The notes beneath the pieces are model-generated. The model was not told the DNA's origin, did not search any database, and saw only the letters and a program-made list of their open reading frames with translations. Both the position numbers and the translations under genes were made by a program. A DNA stretch of 63,819 nt, counting the filler, from Lama guanicoe (Eukaryota): assembly GCA_013239625.1 (NCBI GenBank). It is 148 parts of 148 records of this genome, joined end to end, with 100 filler letters (N's around TTAATTAATTAA, not from the genome) between each part and the next. Parts side by side here need not be neighbours in the genome. Positions count along the whole stretch, not along the records: positions 26,309 to 26,636 come from PNXV01056596.1; positions 26,737 to 27,068 come from PNXV01056597.1; positions 27,169 to 27,500 come from PNXV01056598.1; positions 27,601 to 27,932 come from PNXV01056599.1; positions 28,033 to 28,364 come from PNXV01056600.1; positions 28,465 to 28,796 come from PNXV01056601.1; positions 28,897 to 29,228 come from PNXV01056602.1; positions 29,329 to 29,646 come from PNXV01056603.1; 140 more parts are not named here. The stretch is one strand, 5' to 3'. Shown piece by piece: positions 26,354 through 38,717 of the stretch. Each line of letters begins with the position of its first letter. Within the stretch, counting starts at the first letter, position 1.

Positions 26354-29328
26354 TACAGTGTGGCTGATTGAAAGAAAAAAACCAAGACCCATCCTGCTCC
26401 TGTGCTGCCTACAAGAGAACTCACTTCAGACACACAGAGAATGAAAGTGAGGGGATGGAAGAAGATATGTCACGCACAGGAAACGACAAAAAGGCAGAGG
26501 TAGCAATACTCACGAGACAAAACAGACATTAAAACAAATGTCATAACAAAAGACAAATAAGAGCATTATATAATGATAAAGGAATTAATACAAGAAGAGG
26601 TTATTATACTTATTAACATATAGGCACCCAACACAGNNNNNNNNNNNNNNNNNNNNNNNNNNNNNNNNNNNNNNNNNNNNTTAATTAATTAANNNNNNNN
26701 NNNNNNNNNNNNNNNNNNNNNNNNNNNNNNNNNNNNAATCAGGGATGCAGGGCATTTTCTAGTTCACAAGGCAGTTTCACATCTCATATTTCATTTGATT
26801 CTCAAAATCATTCTGTGAATCAAGCAAGTAAGGAATCCATACCTCCACTTTACATACAGGAACGAACACTTCAAAACGTCACTGTTCCAAGCTAGTGAAT
26901 GGTGGGGGGGTTGAAACCCACCTCTTGGGACCTTCAGGAAAATCAGTTCCATGAAGCCCAGGGCCTTCTGCTGCCCCCAGGCAAGGCTCTGACACGACGG
27001 CGGGAAGCAGGTGGAATTCACCCACTGTGCCTGTTGTTCTTACGCAAGGAGACTCACATTTTGATGCCNNNNNNNNNNNNNNNNNNNNNNNNNNNNNNNN
27101 NNNNNNNNNNNNTTAATTAATTAANNNNNNNNNNNNNNNNNNNNNNNNNNNNNNNNNNNNNNNNNNNNATGAGTTTTCTGTAAATAGAATGACTTTAGAA
27201 ATAGTGAGTTGAAGATAATTCAAGCTATGTTTTGAGGGAAGAAAATGTTTCCTCCATGGGATAGTGGTTTTATAGTATTTGTTCATCTCTCAGAGTTCAG
27301 ACAAGAAAGAAAAAAAAACTGACATACTCAAAACAGAAACACATTTAATAACAAGAATTCTGGATTTAAGACTGGGGGATGAAGGTCAGCGAGAACCTTC
27401 ACTAGCTTTCAAGGAATCAGGAATTTGCAGAAATCACAGGAAAACACTAATTGAGAACTCAAGTTTTTGCAGCACCAAAACAATTGCTTTAAACAGGAAT
27501 NNNNNNNNNNNNNNNNNNNNNNNNNNNNNNNNNNNNNNNNNNNNTTAATTAATTAANNNNNNNNNNNNNNNNNNNNNNNNNNNNNNNNNNNNNNNNNNNN
27601 TAGAGGAACAGAGCACACGTGGGGAAATCAGTCTTCTTCTAGATGAAGGACACTTCCTGCAGATGTGTCCTTCTGTACTTACATACAGAAGGAGCAAATG
27701 AGCACTTGGTTGCAAGTAACAGAAGTCACTATCCAGGATAGGTTTACTTGTCCCGGTACTTTGCTAAGTGCTTTATTTACATTATTTTATCAAAAGTCAC
27801 AAGAAGTTGATGTGGGACTCATCACTGATGGCAAACAGCAACTTCACCTGTTAGAATCCACTCCAGCCCCACGGTGAGTGTTTGTTCTTTGCTGCCATCC
27901 ACTGTAACATTCACCGCAACAGAACAAAACAANNNNNNNNNNNNNNNNNNNNNNNNNNNNNNNNNNNNNNNNNNNNTTAATTAATTAANNNNNNNNNNNN
28001 NNNNNNNNNNNNNNNNNNNNNNNNNNNNNNNNCCAGCTCAGCAGCATGTTCCAAAAGGAACCTGCGCTTGTCAAAAAGTCTCTGCCAAGCATCCTCCTAA
28101 ACAGGAAGCTGTTGGGCCAACTGATGTGTTTTAAAGTACAATGACCCCCATTTCTGGGCTCCCAAATGTCTGACCCCTCAACTGATAAAGCACATTCTTT
28201 ACTGGGCATATTTGCCCTAACAAACTAATAGCCCTAAGTAACGCCTAATCTCACAATAGTGCAGGCTGGCTTATTTCAGCCCCCCTTAGAGTCATAAACC
28301 CCACCGCCCTTCACAGACCCTAAACCTCTCACCTCACCTACAACCAATCAGAGACTTGTGCACANNNNNNNNNNNNNNNNNNNNNNNNNNNNNNNNNNNN
28401 NNNNNNNNTTAATTAATTAANNNNNNNNNNNNNNNNNNNNNNNNNNNNNNNNNNNNNNNNNNNNCTTAGGGCTAACTCAGGGTCTGGTGCAGGAGAGAGC
28501 GTAGAGTTGGGAAACGTCCTTGTGGATCTCAGCTATGAGTTGCTGGGTAAAGCAGATTCAAAGGAATTCTGTTCGTTTAAAATGCATGTTATCCTTAAGG
28601 AACAAATATGGGTTTCCTGGGTCCTTGCTGCTTGTCCATTAGCTGAGCTTTCCCTGCTATGAAGATGGGCCCAAGTCTAATTGACTGACCACATATGGGA
28701 CTCTGAACAATGGCAAACCAGGAGGATCAGGCAACATGGCTGCTCAAGTTGTAACCATGGGGATCAAGCAGTGAGGTGGGACCAGGAGACCAGCCANNNN
28801 NNNNNNNNNNNNNNNNNNNNNNNNNNNNNNNNNNNNNNNNTTAATTAATTAANNNNNNNNNNNNNNNNNNNNNNNNNNNNNNNNNNNNNNNNNNNNCAAG
28901 GGCTGGACTGAAATCATCAGGGTAGAATGCTGAATAGGGTGAGAAGTTCTTCATAGACAGCCTTCCCAGGACGGGATGCAAAATGAGATGAGAAACTTGA
29001 CGTAGCTCACATTCTTTCTCTGTTTTGTGAAAGTCAGCATCTCAGCTATGCATGGTCTAAAACACTGATTTGATCACCATTCCTGAACTTTCTGAGTCTC
29101 CTTAGAGCTTTCTTTTCCTCATCAGTGGTGGATGAATATTTATTGTTGTTTCAAGACCCCCAGGGACAGGAGGGCACTCGCTGCAGAAGGTCTGAGACAG
29201 CCCGTTGTGTCTGCAGAGTTCTCTTAGANNNNNNNNNNNNNNNNNNNNNNNNNNNNNNNNNNNNNNNNNNNNTTAATTAATTAANNNNNNNNNNNNNNNN
29301 NNNNNNNNNNNNNNNNNNNNNNNNNNNN

Positions 29329-29362
<34 letters not shown>

Positions 29363-29646
29363 ACACATATATATACATAAAATGAATGTTCTGTTATTGT
29401 GTTTAAACAACCTGACATATACAGATCTCTCAGGCGAAAGTCTCTTATCTCTGGAAAAGAGCTGAAGTTTATATGATTAAAAAAAAAGATTTATAGATAC
29501 TATTACTGTATATAAAATAGATAAACAAGGTCCTACTGTATAGCACAGCTCAATATCTTGTAATAGTCTATAATAAAAATAATATGAAAAGGAATACATA
29601 TGTATAACTGAATCACTACACTGTACACCAGAAACTAACACAACAT
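29329..29646 (+). mobile_element. (CA)n microsatellite (29329-29367) and L1 3' UTR end (29490-29646)
   Basis: Direct CA run; aaatagataaacaaggtcctactgtatagcacag...ctgtacaccagaaactaacacaacat. Confidence 0.85.
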
Positions 29647-29770
29647 NNNNNNNNNNNNNNNNNNNNNNNNNNNNNNNNNNNNNNNNNNNNTTAATTAATT
29701 AANNNNNNNNNNNNNNNNNNNNNNNNNNNNNNNNNNNNNNNNNNNNCATCCAAGGGGCCGACGCCTAGAG

Positions 29771-29983
29771 CAGGGGTAGTGGTTTTTTTTCTGTAAAGGG
29801 CCAGAGAGTAAGTATTTTAGCTTTGTATGCAGAGAGGCACAATTGAGACTGTTACATAGGTATGTATCTAACCATTTAAAATGTGACAATTTAAACATGT
29901 AGGAAACATTCTTAGCTCGCAGGTCATACAAAAGCAGGCGGCAGGCCAGACTGGGTCTGCGGGCTGTGGTTTGCTAACCTCTG
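29771..29983 (+). mobile_element. MER58-family hAT-Charlie MITE, apparently full length
   Basis: Termini caggggt.../...aacctctg; internal ttttctgtaaagggccaga; 8-bp flanks gcctagag/gtctagtg resemble a hAT TSD. Confidence 0.85.
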
Positions 29984-30178
29984 GTCTAGTGGTTGAGGTC
30001 GGCACGTAAATGGATAGTTCCAGTGAGCACATAATAAACCTAATACACAAGGCCTCTCTGGAGCTTAGGGAAGAGACANNNNNNNNNNNNNNNNNNNNNN
30101 NNNNNNNNNNNNNNNNNNNNNNTTAATTAATTAANNNNNNNNNNNNNNNNNNNNNNNNNNNNNNNNNNNNNNNNNNNN

Positions 30179-30270
30179 TTTTTAATGGAAGTACTGGGGA
30201 TTGAACCCAGGACCTTGTACATGCTAACTAAGCATATACTCTACCACTGAACTATACCCAACTCCTCCCC
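30179..30270 (-). mobile_element. Vic-1-type SINE
   Basis: taatggaagtactggggattgaacccaggaccttgtacatgcta...ctctaccactgaactataccc. Confidence 0.85.
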
Positions 30271-33200
30271 AAACTCGTAAAAATTTTAAAGTTACCTTTA
30301 AAAGCTTTTTACATTTAAAACCCTGTCACTGTATCATTAAGCCATTCAAATACTTAGGAAGAAAATGTGCTTACAAGGGAACAGATAAAGATGCCTGCAA
30401 CAAGCCAGCCTCCACCCCTCCTTCCCATGGACCTCAGGTAGGGCCTTCCCTGACCCCCTCCCTGGGGCCCCAGCCTCACTCTGACTGTGTTTTCTGCTGT
30501 AGTCCTTACNNNNNNNNNNNNNNNNNNNNNNNNNNNNNNNNNNNNNNNNNNNNTTAATTAATTAANNNNNNNNNNNNNNNNNNNNNNNNNNNNNNNNNNN
30601 NNNNNNNNNAAGAAAGTCTGACATCAGTTCAGACCAGGTTTGGCCACTGAATAAGGTGATGAGAGGTTTGTTTTCAGGGCTCTCTGTATTTCAGATTTGT
30701 AAACAAGGATTCAGGACCCATATTTGCTTGTACATAGCAGGTGTCCATGAATGCCTCTGTTGGAGTCTCAGTAGCTCTGACTGGTCTCCATGAAATTTAA
30801 ACCATGAGAAACATTTTAACTTAAAGAAAAGCAGTACTATTCATGTTTCAAGTATATGAGTGCATCTGTGGGGGTAGATAACTATGAAGAAAACAGACTC
30901 TGTACTGACATCTTCACTTTGAGAGGTTCCTGGTGGGCAAANNNNNNNNNNNNNNNNNNNNNNNNNNNNNNNNNNNNNNNNNNNNTTAATTAATTAANNN
31001 NNNNNNNNNNNNNNNNNNNNNNNNNNNNNNNNNNNNNNNNNCAGGGAGCCCAGTGAGGAGGAGACCGCAGAGGTCCGGGCCATAGGTGATGTGGTGGTGG
31101 CTGCATCAGGTTGGGTGCAGCTGTGATGAGGAGAAGTGGCTGGATTCAGAAGCTAGTTTGAAGGTGGATACCCCGATCTATCTTACTTCTACCTGTGTTG
31201 AGGGGGTGCCAAGAAGCCCAGGGAACCAGGATGGGGAGGAGTGAGATCAGAGAAAACATCCTTGGGGCCCTGATGTTCTAGCTGAGACCTAAAGCAGCTG
31301 AGGAAATATTTGAAGGAGGCCAGCGCCAAGATCTTTTAGCAAAACAGAAAGGAGGATGGACACAGGCAGGGGTNNNNNNNNNNNNNNNNNNNNNNNNNNN
31401 NNNNNNNNNNNNNNNNNTTAATTAATTAANNNNNNNNNNNNNNNNNNNNNNNNNNNNNNNNNNNNNNNNNNNNAAGGAAAGCAGCCCCCAAACTAGGCAG
31501 CATTCCAGAAAGTTCTAAGATGTTCAAGGATACCATCATAGATTTCTTAAGCCACAGGAGATAAGGGGCAATGGACAGAGAAAACCCCAAAACCTGAGAA
31601 AACTTAAGCCATCACAGTGAAATAGGTTCCACAGGAAAGACTTACTGGGGAAACTGACAAAAACCTCATCCTGGGCAGAAATCATGGCTAGCTTTTCAAA
31701 CTTCCTGTCTGGAGTTTCCATTTATGAGGCAGGTTGATGTTGGCACCTGCCTAATCCGGCCTGTAAGTTCCAAATGAGGTATTGCCAATGGAGCACAGGA
31801 AGAGGNNNNNNNNNNNNNNNNNNNNNNNNNNNNNNNNNNNNNNNNNNNNTTAATTAATTAANNNNNNNNNNNNNNNNNNNNNNNNNNNNNNNNNNNNNNN
31901 NNNNNTTAAGAAATGGATGAAAATCGAAGAGCTATTTTAGATTTATTTCCCTTCGAGAAGTATTTGCTTACAATTTACTACAAAATATACTGGAAAGCAC
32001 ATCACAGGAAAAACAAGTTACTTGTAGATCTTTTTTTCTCACTAAATCCCTATCACCTGCTCCACCCTTCTCTTCCTTCCATCCCTTAGAATATTGGATG
32101 TAATTAGTGAGCGTATATTTGCATCTTATTTTGTGTTTAGACTCTGTGTTTCTCTGACCACTTATCCACTAGGTATAACACCACGGATGACATTCCTGAA
32201 CTTCACACTCAGTAATTCCTGCTCTAAATTGTGCAGCNNNNNNNNNNNNNNNNNNNNNNNNNNNNNNNNNNNNNNNNNNNNTTAATTAATTAANNNNNNN
32301 NNNNNNNNNNNNNNNNNNNNNNNNNNNNNNNNNNNNNATGAACTCTGTTGCGCCAGGTTAGGACCAGGGCTGTCTCTGCAGGACTCAGGTGAAAGGAATG
32401 CTAGTTTTAAGTCAGGTGGAAGGTGAGTAGGAGATAATTCTTCAGGTTTTTTGCCACCGTCTAATCCTGACAGCTGGAATAATAAACTAAGTTGGTGCCG
32501 ATGCACGGTGCAGAGGTAGCAAGGATATTTTAGCTCAGTATTACCAGTCACTCTACAACTTTGTCCTGGTCAGTAGGAAGCAGCCAGATGAGTGTTGCAA
32601 CTTTTTAAATGTGTCTCCCTCATTAAGATTAAGTAGTTGATGCATTAGTATTTTTCCTGTTTGCTGCCTNNNNNNNNNNNNNNNNNNNNNNNNNNNNNNN
32701 NNNNNNNNNNNNNTTAATTAATTAANNNNNNNNNNNNNNNNNNNNNNNNNNNNNNNNNNNNNNNNNNNNAGACTGAAGCTGATCCTTGCAGATGAAGGAT
32801 GAGGTGGACTGCGTCTCTTAGGGCTCCCCGCCCCACACACACCACAGCTCTCAGAACAGCTCTGTTCACCCTGGAAACACAGGGTACATGTACATATATG
32901 GGGCACACAGCAAGGAGCCTAGAAACTCCTCTAAATCAGACTAGGTGACCATTGTTTGCCCTTCCTTTCCTTGTTTCATTTCAAAGGCTCTTAAGAGAAC
33001 AAATACGTTGTATCCAAATTAGTAGCAGCTCAGGGACTAGACATGCTCAGGGCGCTGGCTGCTAAAGCACATGCACGACACCTCGCTGGCGCTCCGCTGG
33101 CNNNNNNNNNNNNNNNNNNNNNNNNNNNNNNNNNNNNNNNNNNNNTTAATTAATTAANNNNNNNNNNNNNNNNNNNNNNNNNNNNNNNNNNNNNNNNNNN

Positions 33201-33804
33201 NTTTTCTCCAAAATTCTATAAAATCCCTATTTTTCAGTTATATTTCCAATTGATTCCTTATATCACATGGATGAGATTGCAGGTATTTCTCAAAGAACTG
33301 CAATAGCTCTCATTTTTTAAAATCACATTAACCAAAAATTAATCTCTGGCTGCAACTGTTCAATGAAACCTCTCCATAATGTCCCTCAAGCCAAATCTAC
33401 TCTTTTTTCCTTTTCAGTCTTGACATTGTTCTGACCACCTTTTCATCTTGGATGCTCTTGATTTCAAAGTTTCTGTGCTTGCTCCACCACCCTCATACTT
33501 CTTTTATTTCTCCTTTTGTTCACGCTTTCCTGGNNNNNNNNNNNNNNNNNNNNNNNNNNNNNNNNNNNNNNNNNNNNTTAATTAATTAANNNNNNNNNNN
33601 NNNNNNNNNNNNNNNNNNNNNNNNNNNNNNNNNGAGACGCAGGCTAGAAAAGGCAGACTAATGTATAAATACACGTCTGATAAGGGATTCAACATCCTCC
33701 CCTTCCTGTGCCCCCAGGCTGTTAAGTGGGGGTGTTTGGTGATGTCCTTGTCAGTCAGCACCTCCACTGGACTCTGATTTGTCAAGAACAGTCCTATTCA
33801 CATA

Positions 33805-33864
33805 CCTCTGTTTCCTTTAACATCCTGACCTTTTTCTGGGCGCAACTGGACAGTTTTATTCTTC
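33805..33864 (-). other. Candidate 60-nt internal coding exon (phase 1-1), gene unknown
   Basis: ctctatttttAG acceptor and GAG|GTATGT donor; only one frame is open (xRIKLSSCAQKKGQDVKGNR). Confidence 0.35.
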
Positions 33865-35067
33865 CTAAAAATAGAGCTGTGAAGAATTACCATTAACATG
33901 GCAAATCTGAATTTTCACTGTATAAGCAAATTGACAATAAGAATGTTTTTCTGTTTATTTGCCATNNNNNNNNNNNNNNNNNNNNNNNNNNNNNNNNNNN
34001 NNNNNNNNNTTAATTAATTAANNNNNNNNNNNNNNNNNNNNNNNNNNNNNNNNNNNNNNNNNNNNTTGCTATCTCCTGCATTCTGGAAATAATGAAGTTG
34101 TGACAATCCTTTCGTGTGAACATGCCTCCTGCAAAAATTTGGAGATTGCTTTCTGCAAAATTTCTTCTGTGGGGGGGGGTCACGAGACCCCCTCCCTTTC
34201 AGTTAGAAAAAAAGAACAGTTTCAGGGCTTGGTGCTGATGGGAAATCTCACCCGCATTATCCATAAACCATCTGTTTCCTGTGTCACCTCCAATGTCCCA
34301 CCCCTCCATTCTATCCCTTGCAGAACGTCACAACTGGGATCAGAATCTCTGCTGTCCATTTCACTGCGATCCTGTGGGTTTCCTGACTTACACCCACNNN
34401 NNNNNNNNNNNNNNNNNNNNNNNNNNNNNNNNNNNNNNNNNTTAATTAATTAANNNNNNNNNNNNNNNNNNNNNNNNNNNNNNNNNNNNNNNNNNNNAAA
34501 AGGGTTTTTACTAAGTCTTGGGATCACAGGTGTTGATACCTGCCTTGAGTCAAAAGTTGAAGATAATCAGGAAAATACAACATATAAAACATCCCAAGGA
34601 AGGAAGGAAGCAAAGAGACTGGCGATTACATGGTTACCAATGAAGCACAACATTGATGTGCACAAAGAGCTAGAAATGAGACATCTAGAGAATAAGCAGT
34701 AGCCTCAGAATTACAGAAACTGGTCCAAAATTTCTAGATTTGAAAGGCAGAGTCCTGGGTATTGGCCCCCTCAGCCAAAGTTAGTGCAGAGGTAGGTCCT
34801 TGTGTCAAATGTTAGAAGCCAGGATTTTTNNNNNNNNNNNNNNNNNNNNNNNNNNNNNNNNNNNNNNNNNNNNTTAATTAATTAANNNNNNNNNNNNNNN
34901 NNNNNNNNNNNNNNNNNNNNNNNNNNNNNGACCTCAAATAGAATCCCCTCATAGCCCACTGACCAGAACAGGGTCACATGCCCTTTCCTAGGTTAATTAC
35001 CAGCGAGGGAGAGACATGATGGTTGAGATTTACTGATCTGTGGTCCTTGGAGCTGGAGGGGGGCTCA

Positions 35068-35261
35068 CTGCTACCTACGATCTGAATGTTTGCGTGCCTG
35101 CAAAATTCATATGTTGACATGCTACCCCCAAAGGTGGTGATGGTAGGAGGCGGGGGCCTGTGGGAGGCAATCAAGTTATGAGAGTGGAGCCCTCCTGCGG
35201 GGGATTCATGGTCTTACAGAAGAGGCCCTACTGTCTATAGCCCCTCCCTCCACGTGAGGAC
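35068..35261 (+). mobile_element. MLT1A-type MaLR LTR 5' part
   Basis: tgcta...ctgaatgtttgcgtgcctgcaaaattcatatgttga...gtggagccctc...cacgtgaggac. Confidence 0.88.
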
Positions 35262-35849
35262 NNNNNNNNNNNNNNNNNNNNNNNNNNNNNNNNNNNNNNN
35301 NNNNNTTAATTAATTAANNNNNNNNNNNNNNNNNNNNNNNNNNNNNNNNNNNNNNNNNNNNAATGAAACAAAATCTCTCCTAATGATGTGTGAAAACAAA
35401 AGGGCTTTCATTTGCATAAAGGTCTTAATAGAAAGAATGGAGGATGTGATTGCATGAAGGCCAAGAGTGAGAACATTTGTCATCTATATTGGCCTCCTGT
35501 TCAAGTTATCTGGAATTCTTATGTCCCCATCCCCAAATCTGTATTAGAAAACTTTCCCTAATCTTTATGTAATTTTAAAACAAATTTACAGTAAATAGCT
35601 TTTATCTTATAAAATATTAACTGGAATGGAGAAAGTCACTCAGGATTAAGAATCAATATAATATATTTTGGAACAGTAAGCTAGAATGAAAATNNNNNNN
35701 NNNNNNNNNNNNNNNNNNNNNNNNNNNNNNNNNNNNNTTAATTAATTAANNNNNNNNNNNNNNNNNNNNNNNNNNNNNNNNNNNNNNNNNNNNCGTTCTG
35801 GGGCCTCACAGGGACACTGCCAGGCTGAAGAAAAGACTGTTTTTCCTCC

Positions 35850-36125
35850 AGTTCATCTAAAGCTTTACGACAGGCGAAGAAATCGGGACACGCGGTGTCG
35901 GGGTAAAGAATAATGACTTTATTTGGAAAGCCAGCTGACCGAGAAGATGGCTGGCTAATGTGCAGGAGAGCCACCTTCTCCGAGTGAGAATTCAGGCTCC
36001 TTTTACAGTAAAAAGGAGAGGGGTTGTGGGTGGTTGGTGCAAACTTCTTGGTGCAGGAATTCTTTGTTTTTGGAGCTGTGGGTCAGCTCATGGGGCCCCT
36101 GTAAAACCTCTAACAAAACAAATGT
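35850..36125 (-). mobile_element. ERV1-class LTR 3' part
   Basis: gaataatgactttatttggaaagccag (AATAAA on minus)...gagaattcaggctccttttacagtaaaaggagagggg. Confidence 0.65.
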
Positions 36126-37393
36126 NNNNNNNNNNNNNNNNNNNNNNNNNNNNNNNNNNNNNNNNNNNNTTAATTAATTAANNNNNNNNNNNNNNNNNNN
36201 NNNNNNNNNNNNNNNNNNNNNNNNNACCACTCCTGCAGGACTGCAGGGGGAGGGGAAAGATACAAGAGAATAAAGCAAAGCGCTTAAAGGGATGATTCTC
36301 CAGTTCCTCTGATTTTTAAGCATTTCCTTTCTTTCTCTTTGAGGAAGAACTAGAAAGATCCTCCTAGACTTCTCTCTGTAAATGCCCTAATACCCATTTA
36401 TAGGTTTGGGGCTGCCTTGTAACCAGGCCAGAGGAAAATGGAAGAAAAATGGAAAACATATTGCTGGTTCATTGGTGGTTCGAATCTCAGTCTTTTTCTC
36501 CCAAAGGTCCTGATAATGTTTACCTTCTAGAATCAAATGTCTCCTCCATGCATTCCANNNNNNNNNNNNNNNNNNNNNNNNNNNNNNNNNNNNNNNNNNN
36601 NTTAATTAATTAANNNNNNNNNNNNNNNNNNNNNNNNNNNNNNNNNNNNNNNNNNNNTATAGGAATCTTATGTTTGTGTAATACCCATTCACCCAGAATA
36701 CATATCTGACTGTTTCTTTTCTGCTGAAACACCCACACTCTCAGAACATGGATCCATTTTTTCATGGGGGCTGAAATTCCTAGATATGAAGCCAATTCCA
36801 ATGTACACTTTACTGTCTGTCTCTTTTGCTCTTAGTATAGTTTTGTAGAGCTAATTGTCTTTGTTATAGGCGTATGCCATTTATTCTCTACGTGGGGTTG
36901 AATAGGCCATTCATTCATACTTTTGGAAGACTAGTAAATCTATATCATGGAATATGAATATACTTTACTCAAAATAGGCTTTTGGGTTANNNNNNNNNNN
37001 NNNNNNNNNNNNNNNNNNNNNNNNNNNNNNNNNTTAATTAATTAANNNNNNNNNNNNNNNNNNNNNNNNNNNNNNNNNNNNNNNNNNNNAAGCTGCCTGG
37101 CTCCTGCAAGCATCTAAGCACGTGGTCTTCACATCACCCCAGGCTGGCTCCTGAGCAATTGCAAGGCATTCATAATGGGTAATGGGTCTCTAGGTCTCCC
37201 GACTCTCTCCACTTCAGCCAGCTACAAACTGACTTACACATATTACACCCTTGCCCACAATCATCAATGGCTCCCCATTGCTTTCAGGATAAAGATCAAA
37301 CTCCTTAACTTGAGATTAAAGATTACAGGCCAACACTTTCCCTCATTAGACTTCTGCTGGCCATAAAGCTCTCAAATTTAGCTGTAGTCCCAT

Positions 37394-37421
37394 TCAGTTC
37401 AGTTCAGTTCAGTTCAGTTCA
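37394..37421 (+). repeat. (TTCAG)n pentanucleotide microsatellite at contig end
   Basis: Direct reading, >5 units. Confidence 0.9.
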
Positions 37422-38439
37422 NNNNNNNNNNNNNNNNNNNNNNNNNNNNNNNNNNNNNNNNNNNNTTAATTAATTAANNNNNNNNNNNNNNNNNNNNNNN
37501 NNNNNNNNNNNNNNNNNNNNNGTATGTAAATATGGACATCTTTGTGTTGATTCTACCTGTAGTTCTTTGAATTTCTCAGATTTGTTGATTAAGATCTTAC
37601 ATCTAATTTGAGGAGGCTCTGTTTGTTATTTCTTCAAATAATCTTCTGTCCCATTCTCTCTCTCATTCTGGGACTCTGATAATGTGTGTATGTGCCCAGA
37701 TGATGGTGTCCTCTAAGTCCTTTTGTGTCTGTTAACATAGCTTCATTTTTCTTTCTTGTGCCTTAAGCTGCATACTTTCTATAGCTTTTTTGATGTTATC
37801 ATTTTATTCATGTATCATTTACCTGTTTTCCTCTAATTCTTTGCCAATTTTTTNNNNNNNNNNNNNNNNNNNNNNNNNNNNNNNNNNNNNNNNNNNNTTA
37901 ATTAATTAANNNNNNNNNNNNNNNNNNNNNNNNNNNNNNNNNNNNNNNNNNNNAGGCCTTGTGATTGTCCACAGGAGGAGTTCTGGTTCAGTCCCAGCTC
38001 TAACTTCACCCTTCCCAAGGCTCCCTGCAGCCCACCTTCTGGCCCTGCACTTTTCCCGACCCGTCTTTTCTTTAAACATCTTCCTGCCCAAGGGCTGCTC
38101 GTCCACTTAGTTATAACCACTCACAAAAGATTGTTAAATGAGCAATTGAGCGCAGGAAATGGAACCTTGCCTTGTTCCCTGAACATGGGTGGTGAAACTT
38201 CCCACCTCCCTGACCTTGCATGCTTCGCTCATCCACCCGGACACCCTCCCCCTTGCCCCCCTCCAGCAAGCCCGTCCCTCTCCACNNNNNNNNNNNNNNN
38301 NNNNNNNNNNNNNNNNNNNNNNNNNNNNNTTAATTAATTAANNNNNNNNNNNNNNNNNNNNNNNNNNNNNNNNNNNNNNNNNNNNGAGGCTTATGGTCCC
38401 TAGCATATCCATCATCTTGACCATTGCTGCTAAATTTTA

Positions 38440-38717
38440 AAAACTGTGTTAAAATACACAAACACAGAATTTACTTATTTAACCATATTTTAGTGTAAAG
38501 TTCAGTAGCATTAAGTACATTTATGATTGTGTGCAACCAACCTCCAGAACTCTTTTCATCTTGCAAAACTGAAACTCTGTACGTTAAACAACTCATTCAC
38601 CCCTCCTTCTAGCCCCTGGCAACCACCATTCTACTTTCTGTCTCTATGAATTTGGCTACTCTAAGTACCTCATGTAAGTAGAATACTGTATTATTTGTCT
38701 GTCTGTGACTGACTTAA
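38440..38717 (-). mobile_element. L1MB-type 3' end
   Basis: ttcagtagcattaagtacatt...ccagaactcttttcatcttgcaaaactgaaactctgtac...agcccctggcaaccaccattctactttctgtctctatga. Confidence 0.9.

Noticed and set aside
37394..37421. (TTCAG)n as the tail of a ruminant BovB/Bov-A element
   Set aside because: The contig ends inside the repeat, no Bov-A body is visible, and the other SINEs are camelid-type; treated as a simple microsatellite.
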